64,000 nt of DNA from Microcoleus sp. (GTDB lineage: Bacteria > Cyanobacteriota > Cyanobacteriia > Cyanobacteriales > Microcoleaceae), in NCBI GenBank assembly GCA_052279835.1, contig CP181291.1, positions 4,832,001-4,896,000 on the forward strand. Direction: 5' to 3'. Below are positions 38,691-48,455 of this stretch, piece after piece. Position 1 is the first letter of the stretch. Each line of letters begins with the position of its first letter. The notes beneath the pieces are model-generated. The model worked only from the letters and a program-made list of their open reading frames with translations, did no database searches and was not told where the DNA came from. A program made the translations under genes and the position numbers.

Positions 38691-40805
38691 CTATGACCAA
38701 TTAAATCTTTCGATCAATTTTTTTGAAATCAAACTAGAAGTTTTCTCTAATTGTTCATCTGTAAATATTGTTTTCCACTCATCCACACTGCCTTTTCTTT
38801 GGTGACTATTCGCATTGAATTGAGGTAGGGCTGGAACAATGAAGGTTGAATTTTCTATTTCATAAAAATCTAAAATTTCTTGAAAAAACTGTTTTGGTTT
38901 GAGAGCTAAATCCTCCTGTTTGGTAAACAGAATTTGAGGATGAAATGATGGGGATTCGCTAATATTTAACCAATTTTCTATAAAATTAATTGTTTCCCGA
39001 AAATACCCTTTTTCTATTTGCCAACTTATTTGGTCTGTTAGGGACATTGAAAAATAACCTTCTTCAAACAAATGAGAAGTTAGAATTAACGCCATTGGAG
39101 CTTCATTTTTAAGTCTATTTAAATGGTGTACTAATGATAGTGTAGCTTGACGTGGATCTCGAACATGAACAATTAATTTATCCAGCCACATACTAATAAA
39201 AGCTAAGTTTATTGAATTAGCTGGTAAGTGATGGTTACAAATAACTCCACCCGAAGCCATTCGAGATAGAATTTCTTCATTGTTATAGATTACATCATCA
39301 GGCCAGGCACTAGAGTTAGATATAGCTATAATAGAAAGATTTAGACCTTTGGAGAGACTGTCCAATATGTACATACTTCCTGATTTGGGCAATGTATTGA
39401 CTAGAATTCCAGGTATGATTTTTTTATTTACACTGAGCGTATATTTGATTTTATTGGATTTACAATAATATTTAAGTGCTTCTGCCAATTTGCCCTCATT
39501 AATGTGTATATCCCCTAGTTGACAGTAGGCGTTCCAGGAATTCATATTCAAGTCAAGCATTTTGTAACAATAATTAGTTGCTTGTTCCAAATCTCCTTGG
39601 CAACGCAATGCTTCTACTAAGGCAGAGTAAACCTCTATTAAATCGTCTTTTAGCTCTATTGCTCTCTTATAAGACTGAATTCCCCGATCTAATTGACCTT
39701 TTCTTACCTGAGCAAGACCTAAATGATAATACGCATCAGGTACGTTAGGATTGAGAGCGAGTGTTTTTTCACAAAACTCCATACATTCGTCGAGTTTTCC
39801 TAACTGCCAAAAAGCTATACCCATAGATAAGTGAATATCTAGCCAATCGGGTTTAATAGCTATAGCTCTATCCGCAGCCTGTCGAGCCTCATCATATTTT
39901 TCTAGCTTCCATAGGCACTTTGCTATCTCCCAGTGAATTTCGGCATTCACTTTTACATCTTTAAAAGCTAAACTTATTATTATTTCATATATATTAATTG
40001 CTTCAGGCACCTGTCCTCTTTGGATTAATGTATTAATTAATTCACTCCATATTTCCCAGTTATTTTCCGTGATATTGTATTTATTTTTTAAGGCGAATTC
40101 TATGAAAAATTCGGGGTTGATTTCCAGACCTTTTCTATAAGCTTCTAAAGCTTCGCCACGACGCTCTTGTTGGGCTAAACTATTAGCTAGACCCCACCAT
40201 ATTTCACAATTTTCAGGTTGTAGTTCTAACCAACTTCTGTAAGCTTCTACACAGATAAAATTTAACTCCAACACCCGCTTGTAAGCTTCTATCGCTTCAT
40301 TATGTTGGTTTAGCTTACCTAAATTCTGCCCTAGTTTTAACCAAATTTCCCAGTTGTTAGGTTGAATTTGGAGTAGTTTTTGATAAGCTTTTTTGTCGTT
40401 GGGATTTTGTTCAATATCACGCTGGAATATTGCTATTAATTCAGCTAAATGTACCTGATTGAGCTGTTGTTTTGCATCTATCAAAGCCAATTGAATTTCT
40501 TGATCGTTGGGATTTAACTCAAGAGCTTTTTGATAACTGAGAATCGCTTCTTCCCACCGACTCAATTGAGCCAGGACTTTTCCCAAGCTGTAGTAAAACC
40601 AAGGTGAGTTAGAATTTAGTTCGATCGCACAATTGTAGGCAATAAGGGCTTCTTCCCATTGACCCTGTTTTGCCAAAGCCTCTCCCAAATTGTAGTGAGA
40701 CCAATAAAAATTAGGGTCTTCTTTAATGGCTTGCTGATACAAAGCGATCGCTTCCTCTAATCTACCTTTTTTTTGAAGTAGGTTTGCTGTATTAAAATAA
40801 CTCAT
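38691..40805 (-). CDS. TPR protein with C-terminal PAPS-dependent sulfotransferase domain
   Basis: TLPKSGS (5'-PSB), VRDPRQATLS (3'-PB), RKGSVDEWK. Confidence 0.82.
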   Translation of the reverse strand: MSYFNTANLLQKKGRLEEAIALYQQAIKEDPNFYWSHYNLGEALAKQGQWEEALIAYNCAIELNSNSPWFYYSLGKVLAQLSRWEEAILSYQKALELNPNDQEIQLALIDAKQQLNQVHLAELIAIFQRDIEQNPNDKKAYQKLLQIQPNNWEIWLKLGQNLGKLNQHNEAIEAYKRVLELNFICVEAYRSWLELQPENCEIWWGLANSLAQQERRGEALEAYRKGLEINPEFFIEFALKNKYNITENNWEIWSELINTLIQRGQVPEAINIYEIIISLAFKDVKVNAEIHWEIAKCLWKLEKYDEARQAADRAIAIKPDWLDIHLSMGIAFWQLGKLDECMEFCEKTLALNPNVPDAYYHLGLAQVRKGQLDRGIQSYKRAIELKDDLIEVYSALVEALRCQGDLEQATNYCYKMLDLNMNSWNAYCQLGDIHINEGKLAEALKYYCKSNKIKYTLSVNKKIIPGILVNTLPKSGSMYILDSLSKGLNLSIIAISNSSAWPDDVIYNNEEILSRMASGGVICNHHLPANSINLAFISMWLDKLIVHVRDPRQATLSLVHHLNRLKNEAPMALILTSHLFEEGYFSMSLTDQISWQIEKGYFRETINFIENWLNISESPSFHPQILFTKQEDLALKPKQFFQEILDFYEIENSTFIVPALPQFNANSHQRKGSVDEWKTIFTDEQLEKTSSLISKKLIERFNWS

Positions 40806-40875
40806 GATCGCCCAATATTCTCCTAACTCAATTTTTTTTATTAGTATATATGATACTTCTATTCAGCTATTCAAT

Positions 40876-43800
40876 TCAATCTCTGAATTTTTCATGTATA
40901 AAAAATGCTTTACCATGCCAACCATAGGAGAAAAATTCAGAATATGTAAATGGACTTGCTTCGGAATCAAAAATTTCCGATAATGCTCTCCGCTCTCCTT
41001 GGTAAGGGCTTGCCTTACTACAGTTAAAATCATCAAACATAATCACACAACCATCTTGTATGATTTTCCTCTCAACAAGTTTCTCCAAAACATACTTTGT
41101 TGAAGAGTACAAGTCACAATCAATATGAACCAGAGATGCCTTACAATTTGCTAAAAAACTGCTTTCTAATGTGTCCTCAAAAAAACCTTTGATAACTTTT
41201 GGGGGCCGAGTAATAATTCTACCTAACATTTTTTCAATTAACAGTTCTGTTCCCTTGGGAAGTCTTAAAAAACTTTTCCCCCAGGCTCTCACCGCCACCT
41301 CATGGCTTTTTAAATCAACACCAGATATTACAGGAAAACCCTCAAATGAATCGAATAGATACAATTGTGATTTTAAATTATATTCCTTCATTAAATTTGC
41401 CATTATTCTTGCAGTATATCCCCTATGAGTACCAAACTCTAAAATGCTATCTCCAGATATTCCCGTAGCATATATCAGATATTCAAAGCTTTTTCTAAAT
41501 GCTTCTGTATAAATCTCTAAACTATTATGATAACATTCTAGTGTTGCCACTTTTTCAAAAACTTCAATACCTCTTTCTTCTTCTCCCCCTTGTAAAAGTT
41601 TCATTGACTCTAAAATATCCAGCAGCACTTTACCTGCCGGCCAATCCGGTTGGCCTTCTATAGATTTTTGGCAGTTTTGAATAGCTTTCTCTAGATTGTC
41701 CTGTTCTGCAAATGCCATTGCTAAACACCAATAACCCAATACTAAATCAGGTTTAATTGTAACGGCGTGCTCATAGCTACTTATTGCCTCTTCTAAACGT
41801 CTTTGTTGGATGAGCGTATTCCCCATATGAATATATGTTTCGGCATTGTTAGGTTGCAAATTTAGCAACAGCTTATAAATTTTATTCGCATCATCTAATT
41901 TGCCTTGATTTGTCAAGGAAAAAGCAAAATTCATATGAACTATTGCACTAATTGGTTGTGCCAGAGTATTTGCTAAATGTAACCAAATTTCCCAGTTTTC
42001 GGGTAGCAGTTGGAATAGTGTTTGATAAGCCTGTATAGAGTTGAGAGTTTGACCTATGCTGCGTTGGTAAGTCATTGCAGCTTCTTTCCATTGACCGCTT
42101 TTTGCATAAAAATTTCCCAACTGTAAACCTACTTCACAATTATCTTGTTGTATTTTGAAGAGGTTTTCGTAGGCTGATATAGAGTCAGGCTTGAGTTCTA
42201 TGACTCTTTTATAGGCATCAATAGCAGCTTCCCGCTGATTTAGTTTTGCGTAAATATTTCCTAACATTAATAATATTTCAACGCTGTCTGGTTGAATAGC
42301 GATAATTTTTTGATAGGCTTCTACCCACTCTGGATTTAGTTGAATCACTTGTTGGTATGCTGCTACCGCGTCCTCAGACTCGTTAAGTCTCATGTGTGTA
42401 TTCGCCAAGTGCCACCACATATCCCAGCGAGAGGGCTGAATTTCTAGTACCTTTTGATAACCTTGAACAAAATCGGCATTAATATCAATCACTCGCTGAT
42501 AAGCTGCTAGGGCTTTTTCCTGTTCATTCTGCTTGGCATATAAGTTGCCTAATTGTATCCAGTTTTCGCAGTTGTTAGGCTCTATTCTTAATAAACTTTT
42601 ATAAGCATCCACAGAGTCTGGTTTTAATTCTATCACCCGCTGGTATGCTGCCAGAGCTTTTTCTTGTTGCTTTTGTTGGAGCAATAACTTTCCAAAATTA
42701 GACCAATGTTGCCAGTTCTCGGGCTGGATTTCTAGCAAGCGTTGGTAAGCTTCTACCCACTCTGGATTTAGTTGAATCACTTGTTGGTATGCTGCTACCG
42801 CGTCCTCAGACTCGTTAAGTCTCATGTGTGTATTCGCCAAGTGCCACCACATATCCCAGCGAGAGGGCTGAATTTCTAGTACCTTTTGATAACCTTGAAC
42901 AAAATCGGCATTAATATTAATCACTCGCTGATAAGCTGCTAGGGCTTTTTCCTGTTCATTCTGCTTGGCATATAAGTTGCCTAATTGTATCCAGTTTTCG
43001 CAGTTGTTAGGCTCTATTCTTAATAAACTTTTATAAGCATCCACAGAGTCTGGTTTTAATTCTATCACCCGCTGGTATGCTGCCAGAGCTTTTTCTTGTT
43101 GCTTTTGTTGGAGCAATAACTTTCCAAAATTAGACCAATGTTGCCAGTTCTCGGGCTGGATTTCTAGCAAGCGTTGGTAAGCTTCTACCCACTCTGGATT
43201 TAGTTGAATCACTTGTTGGTATGCTGCTACCGCGTCCTCAGACTCGTTAAGTCTCATGTGTGTATTCGCCAAGTGCCACCACATATCCCAGCGAGAGGGC
43301 TGAATTTCTAGTATCTTTTGATAACCTTGAATAAAATCGGCATTAATATCAATCACTCGCTGATAAGCTGCTAGGGCTTTTTCCTGTTCATTCTGCTTGG
43401 CGTATAAGTTGCCTAATTGTATCCAGTTTTCGCAATTATCCGGCTGTATTTCTAGCAAACTCTGATAAGCTTCCACATAATCGGGTTTTAATTCTATCAC
43501 CCGTTGGTATGCTGACAGGGCTTTTCCTTGTTGCTTTTGTTGACTCAATAACTTTCCTAACTGCGACCATTTTTCATAATTGTCCGGCTGGATTTCTAGC
43601 AAACTCTGATAAGCTTCCACACAATCGGGTTTTAATTCTATTACTCGCTGGTATGCTGCTATTGTATTACTTAGATTCAACATATCTCTTAGCCGCAGAG
43701 CATCCCCTAAGCTATAATGAATTTCATACTCCTCTGGTTCCAATTCAATAGCCTTTTGATAACAAGCGATCGCCTCATCCAATCTACCCATTTTTTTCCA

Positions 43801-44037
43801 AGCTTCCCCTAAACTGTAATGAACCCAAGGTGAAGATGAATTGAGTTCGATCGCACTCTGATAGGCATTAACAGCTTCTTCCCAACGGCCCAGCTTAGCC
43901 AAAGCATCCCCCAAGTTGTGGTAAGACCAATAAAAACTTGGGTTTTCCTCAATCGCTTGACGATAGGAGGCGATCGCTTCCTCCCATCTTCCTTCTAGCT
44001 TCAGTTTGTTTGCTGTATCAAAATAGCTTACTGTCAT
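40876..44037 (-). CDS. TPR protein with C-terminal TylF-family O-methyltransferase
   Basis: ILEFGTHRG, LFDSFEGFP, KGFFEDTL, VHIDCDLYSST, MFDDF. Confidence 0.85.
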   Translation of the reverse strand: MTVSYFDTANKLKLEGRWEEAIASYRQAIEENPSFYWSYHNLGDALAKLGRWEEAVNAYQSAIELNSSSPWVHYSLGEAWKKMGRLDEAIACYQKAIELEPEEYEIHYSLGDALRLRDMLNLSNTIAAYQRVIELKPDCVEAYQSLLEIQPDNYEKWSQLGKLLSQQKQQGKALSAYQRVIELKPDYVEAYQSLLEIQPDNCENWIQLGNLYAKQNEQEKALAAYQRVIDINADFIQGYQKILEIQPSRWDMWWHLANTHMRLNESEDAVAAYQQVIQLNPEWVEAYQRLLEIQPENWQHWSNFGKLLLQQKQQEKALAAYQRVIELKPDSVDAYKSLLRIEPNNCENWIQLGNLYAKQNEQEKALAAYQRVININADFVQGYQKVLEIQPSRWDMWWHLANTHMRLNESEDAVAAYQQVIQLNPEWVEAYQRLLEIQPENWQHWSNFGKLLLQQKQQEKALAAYQRVIELKPDSVDAYKSLLRIEPNNCENWIQLGNLYAKQNEQEKALAAYQRVIDINADFVQGYQKVLEIQPSRWDMWWHLANTHMRLNESEDAVAAYQQVIQLNPEWVEAYQKIIAIQPDSVEILLMLGNIYAKLNQREAAIDAYKRVIELKPDSISAYENLFKIQQDNCEVGLQLGNFYAKSGQWKEAAMTYQRSIGQTLNSIQAYQTLFQLLPENWEIWLHLANTLAQPISAIVHMNFAFSLTNQGKLDDANKIYKLLLNLQPNNAETYIHMGNTLIQQRRLEEAISSYEHAVTIKPDLVLGYWCLAMAFAEQDNLEKAIQNCQKSIEGQPDWPAGKVLLDILESMKLLQGGEEERGIEVFEKVATLECYHNSLEIYTEAFRKSFEYLIYATGISGDSILEFGTHRGYTARIMANLMKEYNLKSQLYLFDSFEGFPVISGVDLKSHEVAVRAWGKSFLRLPKGTELLIEKMLGRIITRPPKVIKGFFEDTLESSFLANCKASLVHIDCDLYSSTKYVLEKLVERKIIQDGCVIMFDDFNCSKASPYQGERRALSEIFDSEASPFTYSEFFSYGWHGKAFFIHEKFRD
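42317..43434. repeat. Near-identical 432-bp tandem repeat, ~2.6 copies, inside the TPR-TylF gene
   Basis: tggatttagttgaatcac at 42331, 42763 and 43195 (period 432). Confidence 0.95.
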
Positions 44038-44067
44038 TTTTCATCCTTCAGATATGCAGCCGACCTC

Positions 44068-45060
44068 TTACTCTTTATGGATATACACTAACGGCTCCTG
44101 CTCGATCGCAGACCAGTTACTTTCAACCCATTCTATCACCTCTTGCACCCCTTCTTCAAAGGAGACTTGAGACTGCCAACTAAGTTCCCGTTCTGCCCTT
44201 GAACAGTCTAGCAAATATTGGGAATCCTGCCCCAATCGCTCACCGACAATCTGAACACACTTATCAAAATCATACCCCATGCCAGCACAAACCTGACGTA
44301 CAATATCAGCAATTGTGCGATCGCTCGGAACGCTAAAGTGATAAGTTGCTGAGTTGCCTTGCTTCAAAGCCAACAATAAACCCTGGACAACATCTCGAAC
44401 ATGAATAAAGGACTTAACCGAGGTTCCCCCACCATGCAGTTCAATGGTTTTACCCATTTTTAGGTAAATTGCTGTTCTCGGAATAATCTTAAACAGTTGT
44501 TGATGCCTGCCGTACACATTTGTCGATCGGATAATAATCGCTGGAAACCCAAAGTTCTTGCTGATGCTATTCAGGTACATATCCGCTGCTGCTTTAGAAA
44601 CAGCATAGGGGGTACTGGGGTTGAACAGCGTCTCTTCCGTTACTCTATCCGCACAACTGCCAAAAATTTCCGCCGATGAAATGTGAACGTAGGACTTGAG
44701 ATAATCCCGACTTCTAAGCTGGTTGCACAACTTTACCACCGCCGTCGTATTAATGTCAAAATACTCAACCGGGCTGTAATTGCTCAACCCCACCTCACTC
44801 AAAGCAGCCACATTAATTACTACTTCGGGTTTGGTTGCGTCTAGCAGTTCTATCAGGCGATCGAATTCCCTGACACTATTAATTTGGTGGAAAGTAAAAT
44901 CAGGATTTTTACGTTGTTTGTAAGGCAGGAAAAAGTCTTTATATTCTGGCGATCTACTAACACCAATTACTTTATTATCGGGATCGTCCAACAAAGCATC
45001 TACAATGTGACAACCCGTAAAGCAATTACTGCCAATTACAACGTAAGTGGTTTTACTCAT
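44068..45060 (-). CDS. NDP-sugar 4,6-dehydratase-like SDR (RmlB-like, atypical GSNCFTG nucleotide-binding motif)
   Basis: HISSAEIFG, PSTPYAVSK, NVYGRHQ..FKIIP, ERLGQD..Y.LD. Confidence 0.8.
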   Translation of the reverse strand: MSKTTYVVIGSNCFTGCHIVDALLDDPDNKVIGVSRSPEYKDFFLPYKQRKNPDFTFHQINSVREFDRLIELLDATKPEVVINVAALSEVGLSNYSPVEYFDINTTAVVKLCNQLRSRDYLKSYVHISSAEIFGSCADRVTEETLFNPSTPYAVSKAAADMYLNSISKNFGFPAIIIRSTNVYGRHQQLFKIIPRTAIYLKMGKTIELHGGGTSVKSFIHVRDVVQGLLLALKQGNSATYHFSVPSDRTIADIVRQVCAGMGYDFDKCVQIVGERLGQDSQYLLDCSRAERELSWQSQVSFEEGVQEVIEWVESNWSAIEQEPLVYIHKE

Positions 45061-46190
45061 TTCATCTCTCCTTTTAGATAGAACGATCGCACGCACTCGA
45101 TCATATAATCAATTTCATCTGAGGTGAGATGTTGGTGAGCTGGTAAAGTGATCGATACTTGAGAATCTCTTTCTGCTACTGGAAAGTCACCTTTCTTATA
45201 GCCCAAATGAGCAGCGGCTTTTTGCAAGTGAACGGGAATCGGATAATGAATTTTCGCTTCCACTCCATTTTCCTGCAAATAAGTCAGTAATTCATCTCGA
45301 TGTTCTACCCGTAAAATGTAGAGGTGGTAAACGTGCTTAACATTAGCTGGACGATGTGGAATATGAACGAACTCGCCTAAATCTGCAAAGGCGTCATCCA
45401 GCCTTTTCGCATTAGCAATTCTGGTATTAGTAATAAACTCAGTTTGGTCTATTAACCGATTGCCAATCACAGCTTGTAGAGAGTCCAAACGAGAATTATG
45501 ACCAAAAATTGCCACCTCGTCGCGGTTAATTAAACCGTGATTGCGGAACAATCGCAAATTTTCGTACAACTCTTGCGATCGCGTCACAATTATCCCACTA
45601 TCACCCCAAACATTCAAATTCTTTAACGGATGCAGCGAAAAAGCAGCCGCTTGTCCCCAACTACCCACATACTTGCCATCTCTACTGGCCGTAATTGATT
45701 GACAAGCATCTTCAATAACCAGCAAATTATGTTTTTCCGCAATCTTCATAATCGCTGGCATATCTGCCACATTGCCCGTGTAGTGGACGGGTAAAATCGC
45801 CTTCGTCCGGGGAGTAATTGCCGCTTCAATTAAGTTAACATCAATCGTATAACCTTCATCATTATCCACAAATACAGGAGTTGCCCCCGTCATCGCGATC
45901 GCGCCCACCGTAGCAATGAAAGTATTGGTTGTGGTAATTACCTCATCGCCAGGGCCAATCCCCAGCATTTTCATCGGTAAAATCAGAGCATCAGTACCCG
46001 AATTCACCCCAACCGCGTAAGGCATTTGGCAAAATTCAGCAAACCGACGTTCAAACTCAGTCACAGGAGCTCCCAGCGTAAAATCGCCGCTCAACACCAA
46101 TGCCCGCACGTCCGCCAGATAATCATCAACATTAGCAAACTGCCGATCGAGGTAAGAAAACTTGACTTGCATTCTCTGTTTTGTTAACAT
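45057..46190 (-). CDS. DegT/DnrJ/EryC1/StrS PLP-dependent sugar aminotransferase
   Basis: VNSGTDAL, ILPVHYTG, IEDACQ, FSLHPLKNL, NSRLD. Confidence 0.92.
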   Translation of the reverse strand: MLTKQRMQVKFSYLDRQFANVDDYLADVRALVLSGDFTLGAPVTEFERRFAEFCQMPYAVGVNSGTDALILPMKMLGIGPGDEVITTTNTFIATVGAIAMTGATPVFVDNDEGYTIDVNLIEAAITPRTKAILPVHYTGNVADMPAIMKIAEKHNLLVIEDACQSITASRDGKYVGSWGQAAAFSLHPLKNLNVWGDSGIIVTRSQELYENLRLFRNHGLINRDEVAIFGHNSRLDSLQAVIGNRLIDQTEFITNTRIANAKRLDDAFADLGEFVHIPHRPANVKHVYHLYILRVEHRDELLTYLQENGVEAKIHYPIPVHLQKAAAHLGYKKGDFPVAERDSQVSITLPAHQHLTSDEIDYMIECVRSFYLKGEMK

Positions 46191-46199
46191 ATTTACCCT

Positions 46200-47351
46200 T
46201 CAATTACTACCATAAAACGCTTGAATACTGTCGCAAACACGTTCTAAGTGCTCCTCTGTTAACCCCTGATTTACTGGCAGACTTAAAATTAGATTAGCCT
46301 GTCGTTCAGTCACGGGAAAACTATCCTCTCCATATCCTAACTCTTTTCCGACCGTAGAGAAGTGGATAGGCACTGGATAGTGAACTGATGTACCTATTCC
46401 TCTTTCTCCCAGAAATTGCCGCAGTTCTTCACGGCGTTCTGCTTGAATAACAAAAGTGTGGTAAGCGCATTTTTCATGTTCTTTTTCCAGCGGCAATTTC
46501 ACCTGCTCAATTCCTGCCAATCTAGCCTGGTAATAACAGGCATTTTGGCGTCGCTGTTGAGTCCAAGCTTCGAGATAGCGTAATTTTACCAGTAAAATTG
46601 CAGCTTGCATCGTGTCTAGCCGAGAATTATGGGACCACATCACACAGTCATCGCGGGTGCGAAGACCTATATTCCGCATAATTTTCAACTTGTCATACAG
46701 TTCTGGATCGTTTGTTGTGAGAACTCCGCCATCGCCGCAAGCATTTAAAGTTTTCAGCGGGTGCAAACTAAACCCACCTATTGTACCAAATGAACCGACT
46801 CGCCGACCTTTATATTCAGCCAAGACTGCTTGAGCGGCATCTTCCACCACATATAATCCCTTCTCTTTTGCCAATTCCAAAATAGGCTCCATATCGCAGG
46901 GACGGCCTGTGAGGTGAACTGGTAAAATAGCTTTAGTTTTAGAAGTAATAGCTGCCGCAATTTTATCGGGATCGATATTATAATCATCCCGCACATCCAC
47001 AAAGACCGGTTTAGCTCCTAGAACTCTAATACAGGTTGCTGAAGCAATAAAAGAATTCGGTGCTGTAATTACTTCATCACCACTGCGGATTCCCAAAGCT
47101 TTCAGGGCCAAAATTAAGGCATCCGTACCTGAGTTAACGCCAACAGCATAGCGGACACCGCACATTTCTGCAAATTGACGCTCAAATTCCGATACTTGTT
47201 CACCTAAAATAAACTGCCCGCTGTCTAACACTTCGCTAATAGCTGCCAAGATTTCGGACTTGATTAGTGCGTGCTGTTGGGCTAAATCAACGTAGGGGAT
47301 TCGCTCTAACTGGGATTTAGGTTCGATAATTGGAGGATGGATCGTTGTCAT
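46200..47351 (-). CDS. DegT/DnrJ/EryC1/StrS PLP-dependent sugar aminotransferase
   Basis: VNSGTDAL, VEDAAQA, FSLHPLKTL.A.GDGG, NSRLD. Confidence 0.92.
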   Translation of the reverse strand: MTTIHPPIIEPKSQLERIPYVDLAQQHALIKSEILAAISEVLDSGQFILGEQVSEFERQFAEMCGVRYAVGVNSGTDALILALKALGIRSGDEVITAPNSFIASATCIRVLGAKPVFVDVRDDYNIDPDKIAAAITSKTKAILPVHLTGRPCDMEPILELAKEKGLYVVEDAAQAVLAEYKGRRVGSFGTIGGFSLHPLKTLNACGDGGVLTTNDPELYDKLKIMRNIGLRTRDDCVMWSHNSRLDTMQAAILLVKLRYLEAWTQQRRQNACYYQARLAGIEQVKLPLEKEHEKCAYHTFVIQAERREELRQFLGERGIGTSVHYPVPIHFSTVGKELGYGEDSFPVTERQANLILSLPVNQGLTEEHLERVCDSIQAFYGSN

Positions 47352-47378
47352 TGTTAATAAAGTTTAATTGGGTGAGTA

Positions 47379-48455
47379 TTAAAACGGCCCAGTAAATCTT
47401 TTATCTGGAACATCCAGGGGATTTTCCCGCACAATTCCCAATTGTGTTTCTGTTTGCACGACCAAACCCATCATCGTGCGGGCAGCATTTACAATGTCAA
47501 CAGCGCGGGGGTAGTAATCGTTGGCGATCGCCGGACTAGATGGTGCGTACACATCAGGAAGAGCGATACGTTTGGGACTGCATTTAAGAAAAGGATAAGC
47601 TTCTTCTGCCACAATTGCTAGGATTTCGCTGGCAAAACCCAAGGTTCGCCAAGCTGCATCGGCTGCAATCAGTCTCCCGGTTTTGCGTACTGATTCCAAA
47701 ATAGTTTCGGTATCTAAGGGTTTGAGCGATCGCACATCCACGATTTCTGCTTCTATCCCGTCTCGCGACAACAACTCAGCAGCCCGCAACGCTTCCAGCG
47801 TCATGTAAGAAGTTGAAACAATCGTTACATCATGACCTTCTCGGATTTTCCGAGCTTTGCCAAGTGGGACGCGGTACATTTCCTCTGGTACTGGGCCAAA
47901 AATTTGGTGCAGCCAGCGATGTTCAAAAAATATGACTGGGTTATTGTCTTCGATCGCGGCAATCAGCAACCCCTTAGCATCATAAGGCGTTGTCGGCATC
48001 ACCACTTTTAACCCCGGCACATGAGCAAACCAAGCTTGCAGACTTTGGGAGTGCTGCGGCCCTTGACCCCAACCCCGACCGATGACTAGGCGAATCACCA
48101 GGGGAACAGATGCTTTGCCACCAAACATATAGTGCCACTTAGCGGCGTTGTTCACCATTTGATCCATTGCTAGTAGGGCAAAGTCTACTCGCTGATGCAC
48201 CAAAACCGGGCGCATTCCCGCTAGTGCAGAACCAATTGCCACGCCAGTCATACCATTTTCAGCTAACGGCATATCCAGCACCCGTTCTTTGCCGAATTTC
48301 TCCCGCAGTCCCAAAGTAGTGCCAAAAATGCCTTTAGGATCGGGAACCCCTTCTCCCATGACATAGACGGCCGAATCTGCGACCATCGCCTGAGTAAGAG
48401 CTTCTTTAATTGCCTGAGCAAAGGTTAGTTCGCGTTGGGTCATAGTCGGATTCAT
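47379..48455 (-). CDS. TPP-dependent 2-oxoacid dehydrogenase E1 beta-like subunit
   Basis: ERVLDMPLAENG, GPQHSQ, VPGLKVVMP..PYDAKG, DVRSLKPLD. Confidence 0.9.
   Translation of the reverse strand: MNPTMTQRELTFAQAIKEALTQAMVADSAVYVMGEGVPDPKGIFGTTLGLREKFGKERVLDMPLAENGMTGVAIGSALAGMRPVLVHQRVDFALLAMDQMVNNAAKWHYMFGGKASVPLVIRLVIGRGWGQGPQHSQSLQAWFAHVPGLKVVMPTTPYDAKGLLIAAIEDNNPVIFFEHRWLHQIFGPVPEEMYRVPLGKARKIREGHDVTIVSTSYMTLEALRAAELLSRDGIEAEIVDVRSLKPLDTETILESVRKTGRLIAADAAWRTLGFASEILAIVAEEAYPFLKCSPKRIALPDVYAPSSPAIANDYYPRAVDIVNAARTMMGLVVQTETQLGIVRENPLDVPDKRFTGPF

Noticed and set aside
42317..43434. Diversity-generating retroelement TR/VR pair
   Set aside because: In-frame tandem copies, very few differences, and no reverse transcriptase in the window
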